From NCBI RefSeq assembly GCF_000179635.2, contig NC_014833.1, positions 360,001-392,000 on the forward strand: a stretch of 32,000 nt of DNA. Direction: 5' to 3'. The number at the start of each line of letters is the position of its first letter. Position 1 is the first letter of the stretch. This DNA comes from Ruminococcus albus 7 = DSM 20455 (GTDB taxonomy: Bacteria > Bacillota > Clostridia > Oscillospirales > Ruminococcaceae). Under the pieces are notes generated by a model. That model was not told where the DNA came from and ran no database searches. It was given only the letters and a program-made list of their open reading frames with translations. Positions 14,356 to 24,911 of this stretch are shown one piece after another. A program made the position numbers and the translations under genes.

Positions 14356-17300
14356 ATGAAAAAACGTTTTAGAAAAAACAAAATTAATAATATAAGAAAA
14401 CGTATCATAAGCTCAGTGATAGTAGTTGCAATGCTTGTGAGTGACTGTCCTATGTCAGAACTTTCCAGAATTATTGGAAAAAAAGTGTCCTCGCCGTTTT
14501 CTCTTGAGGCTTCTGCTGCTGTAACATACGATAGGAGCGAATACACCAAGCATTACATAAATGAAGGGGTTGATACCGGTTACATACTCATCGAGTCATG
14601 GGATGATCTTGTTTGGTATTCTCAGTCGTATCACAATTATTCTCTTGGAACCGTATATACTACATCTGTAGAACACGAAAAAGATGTTCTGTTTATTAAT
14701 TTTGGTGCGAGTCAGGGAAATAACTACAACCTTAACGGAAAGGGCTATGTGCCTATCGGTAATGATTTAAAGCCATTTGAAGGAAGAGTAGTGTTTTCCA
14801 ACTCTTCTGCTGCTGATACATTTAATGTTCCTGAAGCGCTTTTTGGTACCATTTCTGAAACGGTTTCTATAAAAAATCAGGCTGAAACCGCCGTAAAGCA
14901 AATAAAGCTTACACGCACTGGCACAGGAAGCGGTGACGTATTATTTGCAAGAAAGGTAAAATCTGATGATGATAGCACCACTTGTGCGGAGTGGGACATA
15001 ATATTTGACAAGTTCGATAATTCTTCAGCTATTTCATATGCCGGATTGATAGGTGAGATTGAGGCTGGTGCAAATGTTCAGATTACTTATGAGAACAATT
15101 CCATTTTGACAAAATCAAATCTTGAAGCAAATGCAACATCTTCCGATACAGATGGTAAGCCGGTAGATGCCGGTGCCATTTGTGGAAAAATGGGTGCAGG
15201 GGCATCCCTGACTGCGACTTATTCCGGCACAAATACAGATTATAACATTACATCAGCTAATGGAAACGCAGGAGGCCTTGTTGGTTCAATGGAGGTTGGA
15301 TCTTCTCTGACAGTGACAACTTCTAATCTTCAGGGAGCTTCTGCTTGGGTATCTGCATCAAATGGTTATGCAGGTGGTATAGTCGGAAAAAATGACGGCG
15401 GTACGGTGACCATCACCCCATCATCCGGAACAACCTATACTGTTAGTCAGATAATACATGGAAAAGATGGCACAGGCGGATTATTTGGGTACTATGCACC
15501 ACCATCATTAGCTACGGCAGAACTTGATATTAGCAATTATTCAGTAAATTGCAAACTTGAGCAGGCAGTCTCGGAAACCGGCATCGGCGTTGCAGGCGGA
15601 ATAATAGGTGTTATTGAAAACGTTCCCGCAGACCCCACAGGAAGAGTAGGGGGCAGTTTAACAATTATAGGTAAGTCTGATGGTACTACTGTTGTAACCT
15701 CCACTCATGTTTCGCAAATAGATACCGTAACAGGTAAAGATACCGGTTATAAGGCTGAAGCATATGGTGGGCTTATCGGTTCTTATAAAGCAAGTGATAC
15801 CAGTTACTCTTTGAACATTAAGGATGTATCTACTACACCTACAAATACTCTTGCTGCTTCTGTTTATGGCGGAGGTATCGGTAAAATCATCGATGCATCG
15901 TATGTAAAGTTTGAAACCTTTAAGCTCAATAGTGCAGCAGGTGATCGTTCAGGAACATTTGGCGGGTTAGCGGCAGACAGTCCAAATGGATATATTTATG
16001 CAGATGGTTCAACAACAAATTCAAATTGTACAGGTATTGTAATTGGCAGTTCAGTGATTGACGGATTTACAGGTGGCGGTCTTGTAGGAAACCTTGGTGA
16101 CGGAGTTCTTGGAATAAAGGGCATGATTAATGTTTCAAATGCAAAACCTACTGCTGACGATACTAACGGTCATCTTGTCGGAACACGTGACAACGCTCTT
16201 ATCTATGCTGATGGAACTCCAAGCTACACCATGAGTAACATAGAAGTCGATAATGTTGGCTCTTGGGGCGATATTGTTGTTATTGACGGTACTAAACTGA
16301 AAAAGAATGCAACGTTAGATAATCTTAATGTGTTCAGTGAATCCAATCATATAATTACGATTGATAGTGTAACTCCTACAGCGATCGCAAATGCGGCGGA
16401 TTATGCAAAGGCATCACTTCTCTACCAAATTGAAGTTACAAAGAATGATTTTATTGCCAATGCTTCGAGTTTAACATCGAGTACTTCTGCACCATTAAAC
16501 CTTACATTTGGAGCAGATATCAATCTGACTGGAACTGGTCTTCGCGGAATAACCAGAGACAATGGAACCGACAGGGTTTCATATTCAGGTACGATCTCCG
16601 GCGGACATACGATTACTCTGGATATAAAGAATGTTGGCGGAAGCGACAGACCTGTCTATAGAAAGAAATACATCGGAATGCTTGGAATAGCAGATACCGT
16701 AACGATCAATAACACCACCTTTAGTGGTACTATTCTAAGCAAAAATGAAAGAACCACTGATAAAGACACCATATGTTATTTGGGGTCAGCTGCCGCACAG
16801 ATTAAAACAAGCTTTATCGCATCAAATTGCAATACAGCAAGTGGACTTAGTATAACTATGACTGGTTCAAAAGATGTTATTTCTGGCAGGCTGATAGGTG
16901 AAGCTGAGAGTGCTATTGGTACAATAACAATTTCTGGTAGCACATATGATGGAAATATTACCGGAAATAACAAAACGACTGTAGGTGGTACTATCGGCAA
17001 AATTGCCGGTGCTGCAAGCGGAGCTGTTTGGTCATTTAATGGTATCACTCTAAGAGGCAACGTAAAAGGAATACAACATGTCGGAGGCCTTATTTCTGAT
17101 GTTGAAGGTAGCGGTAATGCTACGATAAAACTTGGCAATTCTTCAAGTGTAGTTGCTGATAATAATCTTCATATTGAAGGAAACAGCAGTGACTCAATGG
17201 GAGGCCTGCTCGGTTATAGCTGGTCAAAAGCAGATGTGGAAGTCACAGATGTTGTAGCTTCCGGTCATCCTACAGTAGAACAAAAAAGCAGTGGTGGAGC

Positions 17301-20300
17301 TGCTGGCTTAGTTTATAGCGCTACAGGTCATTGGACTATTACAAAGCTGTACCTCGGCTATACTGACGCAGAAGAAAACTCTCATGCGATCAAAATGCTT
17401 ACCGGTACGGCTGGTTCTGTGGGCATGATCGTTAACAAAGGTAAAATAAGCAGTGACGGTATTTATCTCGAACTGCCTTCGGGATACGATTATAAACTTG
17501 CATATTATACTGCTGAAACAGAAGGCTCTGCTTTCAAATCTGGTGGTGTGTTTGATGAGATCTGCGCATACAGTGCTTCATCTAAAGATGCTATAATGAA
17601 CAACGGTCAGGGTATTGTTTCTATTAGCACGACCGGTCTGACAATGTCAACAACAGCGTCCGACAGCTTGAGTTATAAGAATCAGACTGTTCAGGGTAAA
17701 TATAAAAACGGAAATACAAGGTATTATTACAATTTGGATACTATTGATAAAGATAACACTCTATCTTCAACTGCTTATGCTAAGAAACTAATGAGATGGG
17801 GTGTACGTCAGTATGCCTGTGGAAATATCCAAAAGCATTTCCCCGATCCTTTCAGCAATAATACTATTCCTTCAGGAACATACAATATGCAGGGTTATAG
17901 CTGGTATCCAGTTACACCTCTTAACGCAATGACGGTAAACGGCACGTTTACTTTCTATAATAAGGAATTTGACGATTGCGAAAAAGTCAAGGGAAAGCAC
18001 GCAAATATTTCAGATGCTAGCAATAAAAACATCTGGTCACCGCTTGAGGCTGATCAGCATTACATGATGCAGAACGGCTTGTTTTATGATGTAAATAAAA
18101 ATATAACAATTGATGCAATCACACTTGCGGGTACTATCGGTGCAGTTGACAGTACCTCCGGTACCGGTGCGCTTGTTTACGGAAATGTAAAAGGAACTTC
18201 AACAGCCGTTACAACTATAAGCAATTCCGGAACGATTTCTTTAGCAGGCATCAGAGTATGGAATTTGAGTACTTATCCGGACTATGCGCCGCTACTTATC
18301 AATAAAGCAAGCGATTATGTTACATTTGATATTAAAAATGTATCAACAACGGATGCATATAAGAGAACAACGACAGGTGAATCCCCTGTTACAACGACGA
18401 TAGATGCCGCAACAAGTCTTATTGGTAAAGCCGGAACACGTGATACAGTCACCACAGACAGCAGCGGTAACCAAATACCGATAAGTCAGGGAATTACCGT
18501 CAGTTTCTCTGCAATTAAGCTTGACGGTAGAAATGCTGAAGAAGTTTCTGCCTATGGTACTACACCTGATCGTTATAATACTACAAAATCAATATTTACA
18601 AGGGCAACGCTGCTTGAACAGTTAATTGGTTCAAACGGCATATATAACTATACATTTGATGAGGACTGGGGTACGGGAACTCCTCATAAAGTTACTTATG
18701 GTAAAGAAGTAGGTTATACAACACAGGAACAGTATCCTAATCAGGAATTGTGGTATAAAGACGAAAAAGCAACCGGAGGCAAATCGAGATATACTCATCC
18801 TGACGCTGCGCCGCTCGATTCAGGTTCCACACGGTATACAGGTTTTGACTCATTCCGTCCTTATGTAGCAAGTGTAAGCACAAAAGCTGATATAGATGAT
18901 AAGACAGGGTTTAAGTACCAGCTTATGGTCAACCATCAGCCTTCGGACAAGATAGCCGGGTGCGGTACTTATAACGATCCGTATATTATTACAAGCGCAT
19001 CAGATCTAGTTACCATTTCAAAGTTTATAAACAGTAGTTCCAACCTTAATGGTACGATAAACTATGATGTTGATAAAGACGGATGGTGCGATTCTACAAC
19101 GGTAGGTGAGACAACGACTCTTTATACAGAGCATTTTGAATACACTCTCAATGGAACTTCAGCTGCTACCTGCTCAGGACAGTCTAATGTTACAGCTGAT
19201 GATATGAGAAAGTATCTTGCAAGCGCATATTATCAGATTCGTCTGTCAGGAGCTAATCAGCTTGTACTTACTTCTTCGTCAGGTTTCGTTGGCCTTGGCA
19301 CATCGGATATTCCCTTTTCCGGTGTTATTGACGGCGGACAGAATTCAACAACTACAATCGTAAATGAAACCCAGTACCCGCTGATTAACTACAGCGGCGG
19401 TTGTGTTGTAAGAAATCTAATCGTAACAGTTAATGAAACAGTTACCCTTGACGACGCGACAGATTCATATGATTATATTACGGGAGGAAAATCACACGGC
19501 GCTTATGGTGCCATAATTGCTGTCGTTGAAGGCGGCGATAATATAATCGATAATACACAGGTTACATTTGGCACATCTGTTATAAATGCAAAGGGTAAGA
19601 AAGCACAGTTCCAGCCGATCGGTGGTTATGTTGGTGTTGTTGTTAATGGCGGTGTTATATTCAGAAATATGACATCAGGCAACATTAGCGGTATTTCCAG
19701 TTCAAATGTATCAGCAGTACAAGGAGGCAACTGGCCTCAGATTAATTATTCTGACGGGAAAGCTATAGATACCACAGCCAAGCTGTCTGAATATACCGTT
19801 AATATGACTCAGCCAAATAATTTGCTTTGGCTCTATGTTAATCCTATTATCGGCAGGGTTATTAACGGTTATGCCGTGAACATTGCCTCCGCTTATCATC
19901 CTGCTTATTCAGACTGCATTATGAATAACGGTAATAAGAGTTATTCGATAACGGATATTTCTTTGTCAGGTGGTTCGTTAACAATTTCCGGATCAAATCT
20001 GACTGTTCCAAATGGTCAGGCGCTGTTCTTGACTTCCGTGATCGTAAACAGCGGCATGGGCGCAAATAATACGCTTGGCTATGCAGATACATATACTAAA
20101 CGTACTGCTGATTATAACAATGTGGGATCTAATGCTGTGGCATATACTTTATGTTCGGATTTCAATACCTATGCAAAGAATGATACAACAACTGGTACTG
20201 CGTATATTATTGATAATTTTGCAACCGATGGCAGTACGCTCGGAAGTGGAGGACCATGGAATATTACGCTAACATCGAATGGATCGTTTGTTCTTCCTGA

Positions 20301-23300
20301 TGGCTTCAGAGGTATTGGAAACTTTTATCAGAATGATACGAAGTATCTTCTGAATGTCAGCGATTTTAACGGTAATGGAGAAACTATAACTCAGAATACC
20401 TATTTCTATACATATGACGACGGTAGTGGTAAGTTTGATACAGTATATTATCCTAACACAGGTATTGAGGGGGCAGCGTCATATAGTAGTACAACAGACG
20501 CTGGAATAGGCTTATTTACCAGGCAGGTCCAAAACGGAGCAAATTATTATGATTTTAAACTGTCCGGAACACTTAAAAGCGACGTTATAAATCATAAAAC
20601 TGGTGTACACGTTGAATATACAGGAAATACTAAAACTGCTGGCTCTATAGTTGATGCTGGTAATTCTGATCTAAAACAAGTATTGTCAGCAGGAATGTTA
20701 TTTGGTAATTTTTCAGGAGCAGGAGCTAAAGGGGTTAGTAATTCTGCACCAACCTATATAACTAATGTTGCACTGGTAGATATTGATGTTAGCGCGGCCA
20801 AAATGGCAGGTGGAATGATTGGTATTGTACCTATTGGTGCTGCTAATACAGACGGTTTTACAAATATGGAGATAGAGGTTAATTCCAGCACTTATAATTC
20901 ATATGGCATAAAGGTTCATGGAGGACTAAGTTCAGCCGGTTTAATCGCAAGATATCAGCAAGGTATCTGTAATATTGATTTCCATGGGAACAGATTCGAT
21001 ATAAACGAAATTGTGAGCGACACAAAGTCAAATACAGATAACTATTATTATGGTGTCGGGGGTATTATAGGAACACTTAGAGCTGATAGAAATACCCCAG
21101 CAAGCCCTGTTACAATAAAAAATGTTACGTTGGGTGATAAAAATGCTACAAAAGCTATTGAGGTTAAATGTTCAGAGAGCGGATGCGGCATAAATGCCGG
21201 TGGATTGATCGGCTCACTTAACAGAGCTTCGGCGACAATGGACAATTGTCATGTGTTCAATGTTTCTGTATCTTCCAATGGGTCTTCAACTCATGTTGGC
21301 GGCGCTTTTGGCCATATGCGTACACAATGTAACGTTACTGTAATAGATTCCTCAATAGAATCAAATGACACCGCAAAAGCAAGTATAACAGGTAATGGTT
21401 ATGTTGGCGGCTTCTTGGGCAACTCTCCGATAACCGGTGATCAGGCTCGAACATTTATCGTGGAAAACAGTAGGATCAAAGGGTATACGATATCCGGAAA
21501 TATTTCCGGCGGTATTGTAGGTGATAGAGCTGCTATTAACGCTACCTATTATCTTACCGTTAACAATTTTTCAATTGAAAAATGTACTATCAAAGGTGAT
21601 ACATATGCCGGTGGTTTGGTTGGCTATTTACATCATCCGTTGAGCGGCTATAACATTTTGGCAAAGGATTTAACTTTTGAACCTCATACTGAAGGCGGCA
21701 CTATTGCCAATCTTGGTTATTTAGTAGCGAAAAATGATAGTGTAATCAAATTGGTAGGTTTTTCTCGTCAGGCTGATTCTTCATCAACGATGGTTCAGGC
21801 TATGACCGGCGGAAGCAACGCTACAAATTATGGCAATGGCGGATATGTTATCTTTGCTGATTATATGGGTACGGCATCGTATAACAACAGCACCTTTACT
21901 CCGGGGGAAAACTCGAAGAATGCTTTTTCAGGCATGACAAGCAGTACAAATGTAACGCCTTATGCTCCTTATGTATCGACGAGCCCGTTTGCAAATATTG
22001 CAAATTATAACTCTGTCATGCAGTATCTGCTAAGTGATGGCGCAAGCCCGCTGACGAGTGCAACATTCGGTCGTTCTACACAAGCTTTTGCCAAGATTTA
22101 TGATGATATTGCCAATAACAATAATGGCTACTATGAGATACCAAAAGCATATCTTGATACGGAGGATGAGTATAAGTCGTATACTACAAAAATCTCATCA
22201 TTTAAAACTGAAATGGGCGACAAGCTTGCGAATGGAATAGATTTTCCTGTGCTTGTGCTTGATAAAATTAACAAAGGTGAGATGACTGATTTTATAAATC
22301 ACTATATAAATCTACTTACAAATACGTCAAGCACATATAATTTTGCAACAAGTGCTAATAGTACAATATACGATGTTGATATTTACAAGGTTATATTTAA
22401 TGCTGCCGGTGATGAGATAAGCACTATTACAGATGTAGACACCTGTCTTAAAGTTAATGCTGGAACAAATGCAACTGCCCAGTTCTATATTGAATCCGAT
22501 GATACGGATACAGCTGCCTCGACAGCACAGTTTACTCTGATGGATGTTAAGTTTATGAATCCTTCGGCTACGGGAACGGTTGCATATCATCTATATATTC
22601 CCTGTTATGTCAGAAAGCTTCTTGAATACGATTTTGATATCCATATAGATTCAGGAACGACCTATGACATAAACAAATATACTCAGCTCACTGAAAATAG
22701 TCTTGTTGAGAATATCGGAACACCTATAACTCTTGAATTTGCATTTACCTACCAGCGTAATGCTCAGGAATGGACGGAAGCGGTCAACGGCGGAGACTCA
22801 CTTCTCTCTAATTATCCTAAGAGTTTACTATTTGACAACTCAACTACTGTAACATCTGGATCAAAGCCTCAATTCTCGTCCACAACCAAAATGGTTCTTA
22901 TTGATACGCAGAATTCTTCAAAGGCATATTATCTTGATGGACTCAATAATACTTCGTTCACTCCATCAGGGGATTACAGAACATTGAACTTCAGTAGTTT
23001 TGCTGATCTTAATAGTACTGGATTTACGCCTGTAAGTTTCAATGATATGTTAAATGTTTCTGTAACGCCAAATTCATCCGGAACGCTTGTGCAGGATAAT
23101 AACAATGCTATTGTTAAGGACACTACAACGGGAACAAAATATAGACTGGCGACTGATGCAGATACCGCTCTTACAAAATACACTGCAACTGTCACATTCA
23201 AAAACGAAGGAGATACAGCTCTTTCCGAACATTATTTCCTGACAATATATACTCCGTATTCAACTGCTGATGTTGTTTACCATTATGTTGTTCAGGCAAA

Positions 23301-24615
23301 TAAAGATCTCGGAACCGATCCATATCCTTCAAGAATTACGTCAGAATCAGAAAGCAACGTTGTTCATTTGTATACAGGCTATATTTATAACAACCATGTG
23401 TATATCGATAGTCTCAAGGTTGGTGGAGTAGAAAACTATGAGGAAATAACAGCAGAGAACAACTCCATCGAAGCGAGTATTCATGCAACTATAGGACTTA
23501 CTTCTTCTGGTGAAGAGAACATCAGATCTACCTTATCGGCTACCACGCCGCCTGACATTTTCCAGAGTTTTCTGATAAAACTCAACAAGGATGGAAATGT
23601 TGGACTTGCTGCGGCAAGTTCGGTTACAGTAGAGAATTATAGAATTGGTAATAAGCTTGTGACTGACTCTACCATGAACCCGTCGTGGACTAGTGCTGAA
23701 TACACGGATATGCGCATACCTAATTACATTGAAATGAGAAATGGTGTCCCTCTTGCACGATCTCTTTCTGAGATTCCTGCTAATGGAACGCTTAACGTTT
23801 CAGCGAAAGCGACCATTACCTTTGATAATGACAATGGTGATATCACTGCTCAGTTCTTCCCGCAAACGGCTGAAAAATACACAACGCTCATTGCTTATTC
23901 AAATATTGCATCAAGTAGCGAGAATACGGCTTCGAGTAATGTTTCAGCGTATGCTGATACCACGGTCGGAGGAACCAAACCTCAATATTATACAAAGATT
24001 GAAGAAAAGGCAATACTGAATTATGATGCGCTTGATGTTCCGGCAGACGGAAGCAATTTGCCGCAGCTTGGAATTAATGCCAATGATCCAAATGACATTA
24101 AGAAGCTACCTGCACCTATAAAAACGGTAGCATCATATAATGTTGAAAATTGTCAGTCAGCATGGCAAGTGGCCAATTTCGTCAAAATTGAAATTGAATT
24201 GAAATCAAAAAATGATGGATATACTGCACCTTTAGGTATTTTTGATTACATCCAAGAAAGCACGTTTACAATATTTGATGGTGAGATTGATTCCGATGAT
24301 ATAATAACAACTGGGACTACTGCGAACAAATTGATTTATATTATTGACAAGACTGATTTGGAACAGTTTTATAATGATAAGGTATATCGTATTCCAATTG
24401 ATTTCAATGTTTACTCTGGAAGCGGAGCAAGTAATAATTTTGAATCGGTAAATAAGCAGTATTCTAATTATGGTATATTCATAAAGGTGTCAATGCTTCA
24501 AGCGGCGGATTCCGAATCAGCGGTAAGTGGAACAGAACCGGAGTATAATAACAACAATTTTGTTAAGTATACAAATGCTAGGATATACCTTGAAAAGGTG
24601 AATCCAAACAAATAG
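14356..24615 (+). CDS. Giant (3,419 aa) secreted GLUG-repeat, predicted beta-helical surface/fibre protein without a recognisable wall anchor
   Basis: 10,260 nt with no in-frame stop in AT-rich DNA, and a GGAG RBS before the ATG. N-terminus is basic (MKKRFRKNKINNIRKR) followed by a hydrophobic helix. About 24 GG[LIV][IVF]G-type motifs counted by eye, for example NAGGLVGS, YAGGIVGK, VAGGIIGV, AYGGLIGS, NAGGLIGS, YAGGLVGY. A 'GCGTYNDPYIITSASDLVTISKFI' module head lies at ~nt 18955. Rich in T/S/N/G. Confidence 0.9.
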   Translation: MKKRFRKNKINNIRKRIISSVIVVAMLVSDCPMSELSRIIGKKVSSPFSLEASAAVTYDRSEYTKHYINEGVDTGYILIESWDDLVWYSQSYHNYSLGTVYTTSVEHEKDVLFINFGASQGNNYNLNGKGYVPIGNDLKPFEGRVVFSNSSAADTFNVPEALFGTISETVSIKNQAETAVKQIKLTRTGTGSGDVLFARKVKSDDDSTTCAEWDIIFDKFDNSSAISYAGLIGEIEAGANVQITYENNSILTKSNLEANATSSDTDGKPVDAGAICGKMGAGASLTATYSGTNTDYNITSANGNAGGLVGSMEVGSSLTVTTSNLQGASAWVSASNGYAGGIVGKNDGGTVTITPSSGTTYTVSQIIHGKDGTGGLFGYYAPPSLATAELDISNYSVNCKLEQAVSETGIGVAGGIIGVIENVPADPTGRVGGSLTIIGKSDGTTVVTSTHVSQIDTVTGKDTGYKAEAYGGLIGSYKASDTSYSLNIKDVSTTPTNTLAASVYGGGIGKIIDASYVKFETFKLNSAAGDRSGTFGGLAADSPNGYIYADGSTTNSNCTGIVIGSSVIDGFTGGGLVGNLGDGVLGIKGMINVSNAKPTADDTNGHLVGTRDNALIYADGTPSYTMSNIEVDNVGSWGDIVVIDGTKLKKNATLDNLNVFSESNHIITIDSVTPTAIANAADYAKASLLYQIEVTKNDFIANASSLTSSTSAPLNLTFGADINLTGTGLRGITRDNGTDRVSYSGTISGGHTITLDIKNVGGSDRPVYRKKYIGMLGIADTVTINNTTFSGTILSKNERTTDKDTICYLGSAAAQIKTSFIASNCNTASGLSITMTGSKDVISGRLIGEAESAIGTITISGSTYDGNITGNNKTTVGGTIGKIAGAASGAVWSFNGITLRGNVKGIQHVGGLISDVEGSGNATIKLGNSSSVVADNNLHIEGNSSDSMGGLLGYSWSKADVEVTDVVASGHPTVEQKSSGGAAGLVYSATGHWTITKLYLGYTDAEENSHAIKMLTGTAGSVGMIVNKGKISSDGIYLELPSGYDYKLAYYTAETEGSAFKSGGVFDEICAYSASSKDAIMNNGQGIVSISTTGLTMSTTASDSLSYKNQTVQGKYKNGNTRYYYNLDTIDKDNTLSSTAYAKKLMRWGVRQYACGNIQKHFPDPFSNNTIPSGTYNMQGYSWYPVTPLNAMTVNGTFTFYNKEFDDCEKVKGKHANISDASNKNIWSPLEADQHYMMQNGLFYDVNKNITIDAITLAGTIGAVDSTSGTGALVYGNVKGTSTAVTTISNSGTISLAGIRVWNLSTYPDYAPLLINKASDYVTFDIKNVSTTDAYKRTTTGESPVTTTIDAATSLIGKAGTRDTVTTDSSGNQIPISQGITVSFSAIKLDGRNAEEVSAYGTTPDRYNTTKSIFTRATLLEQLIGSNGIYNYTFDEDWGTGTPHKVTYGKEVGYTTQEQYPNQELWYKDEKATGGKSRYTHPDAAPLDSGSTRYTGFDSFRPYVASVSTKADIDDKTGFKYQLMVNHQPSDKIAGCGTYNDPYIITSASDLVTISKFINSSSNLNGTINYDVDKDGWCDSTTVGETTTLYTEHFEYTLNGTSAATCSGQSNVTADDMRKYLASAYYQIRLSGANQLVLTSSSGFVGLGTSDIPFSGVIDGGQNSTTTIVNETQYPLINYSGGCVVRNLIVTVNETVTLDDATDSYDYITGGKSHGAYGAIIAVVEGGDNIIDNTQVTFGTSVINAKGKKAQFQPIGGYVGVVVNGGVIFRNMTSGNISGISSSNVSAVQGGNWPQINYSDGKAIDTTAKLSEYTVNMTQPNNLLWLYVNPIIGRVINGYAVNIASAYHPAYSDCIMNNGNKSYSITDISLSGGSLTISGSNLTVPNGQALFLTSVIVNSGMGANNTLGYADTYTKRTADYNNVGSNAVAYTLCSDFNTYAKNDTTTGTAYIIDNFATDGSTLGSGGPWNITLTSNGSFVLPDGFRGIGNFYQNDTKYLLNVSDFNGNGETITQNTYFYTYDDGSGKFDTVYYPNTGIEGAASYSSTTDAGIGLFTRQVQNGANYYDFKLSGTLKSDVINHKTGVHVEYTGNTKTAGSIVDAGNSDLKQVLSAGMLFGNFSGAGAKGVSNSAPTYITNVALVDIDVSAAKMAGGMIGIVPIGAANTDGFTNMEIEVNSSTYNSYGIKVHGGLSSAGLIARYQQGICNIDFHGNRFDINEIVSDTKSNTDNYYYGVGGIIGTLRADRNTPASPVTIKNVTLGDKNATKAIEVKCSESGCGINAGGLIGSLNRASATMDNCHVFNVSVSSNGSSTHVGGAFGHMRTQCNVTVIDSSIESNDTAKASITGNGYVGGFLGNSPITGDQARTFIVENSRIKGYTISGNISGGIVGDRAAINATYYLTVNNFSIEKCTIKGDTYAGGLVGYLHHPLSGYNILAKDLTFEPHTEGGTIANLGYLVAKNDSVIKLVGFSRQADSSSTMVQAMTGGSNATNYGNGGYVIFADYMGTASYNNSTFTPGENSKNAFSGMTSSTNVTPYAPYVSTSPFANIANYNSVMQYLLSDGASPLTSATFGRSTQAFAKIYDDIANNNNGYYEIPKAYLDTEDEYKSYTTKISSFKTEMGDKLANGIDFPVLVLDKINKGEMTDFINHYINLLTNTSSTYNFATSANSTIYDVDIYKVIFNAAGDEISTITDVDTCLKVNAGTNATAQFYIESDDTDTAASTAQFTLMDVKFMNPSATGTVAYHLYIPCYVRKLLEYDFDIHIDSGTTYDINKYTQLTENSLVENIGTPITLEFAFTYQRNAQEWTEAVNGGDSLLSNYPKSLLFDNSTTVTSGSKPQFSSTTKMVLIDTQNSSKAYYLDGLNNTSFTPSGDYRTLNFSSFADLNSTGFTPVSFNDMLNVSVTPNSSGTLVQDNNNAIVKDTTTGTKYRLATDADTALTKYTATVTFKNEGDTALSEHYFLTIYTPYSTADVVYHYVVQANKDLGTDPYPSRITSESESNVVHLYTGYIYNNHVYIDSLKVGGVENYEEITAENNSIEASIHATIGLTSSGEENIRSTLSATTPPDIFQSFLIKLNKDGNVGLAAASSVTVENYRIGNKLVTDSTMNPSWTSAEYTDMRIPNYIEMRNGVPLARSLSEIPANGTLNVSAKATITFDNDNGDITAQFFPQTAEKYTTLIAYSNIASSSENTASSNVSAYADTTVGGTKPQYYTKIEEKAILNYDALDVPADGSNLPQLGINANDPNDIKKLPAPIKTVASYNVENCQSAWQVANFVKIEIELKSKNDGYTAPLGIFDYIQESTFTIFDGEIDSDDIITTGTTANKLIYIIDKTDLEQFYNDKVYRIPIDFNVYSGSGASNNFESVNKQYSNYGIFIKVSMLQAADSESAVSGTEPEYNNNNFVKYTNARIYLEKVNPNK

Positions 24616-24911
24616 GAGTAACCTACACACCATTGTCCCCTAAAACCCAATCCATCCTCACAGGGCATACAGGGGATATAGGGTGTGTGGCGAGATAGGT
24701 AAAACTCCTGTCAAAAACTCAAAGCTTTGTCAAAGGATGACCCGCCTTTCCCCCAATCCCTTAAATTTTCCCCTGGCCTTAACCCGGCAAATCCAATGAA
24801 GTGGAGAGTATTAAGAAAGAAGCCGCAGGTTTATGTAGAAAAAGGTAAAGGTAAAGTGGTAGAAAACAAGTAATGAATATCACCGAGTATTAAAACAAAT
24901 TAATATTTCCT

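Noticed and set aside
14356-14520. Lipoprotein, YSIRK or KxYKxGKxW signal at the giant protein's N-terminus, and LPXTG, SLH or dockerin anchors elsewhere.
   Set aside because: The only Cys near the helix is in L-V-S-D-C, and Asp at -1 violates the lipobox. No YSIRK or KxYKxGKxW string is present. The C-terminus ends ...IYLEKVNPNK without LPXTG plus a hydrophobic tail, and I saw no paired DxNxDG dockerin loops.
14356-24615. Short antisense or out-of-frame ORFs inside the giant gene (for example 16776-17138, 19711-19899, 21048-21245, 22327-22590, 22974-23201 minus; 20075-20272, 22058-22240, 23741-24019 plus).
   Set aside because: All are embedded in a 10,260-nt open frame with a coherent repeat architecture. 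They have no RBS and show low-complexity or odd composition typical of shadow ORFs.
24796-24873. A 25-codon ORF (MKWRVLRKKPQVYVEKGKGKVVENK) and a 20-codon ORF starting at 24737 in the post-operon spacer.
   Set aside because: They are very short, have weak or badly spaced RBSs and show no supporting signal. They are kept only as part of the odd-spacer finding.
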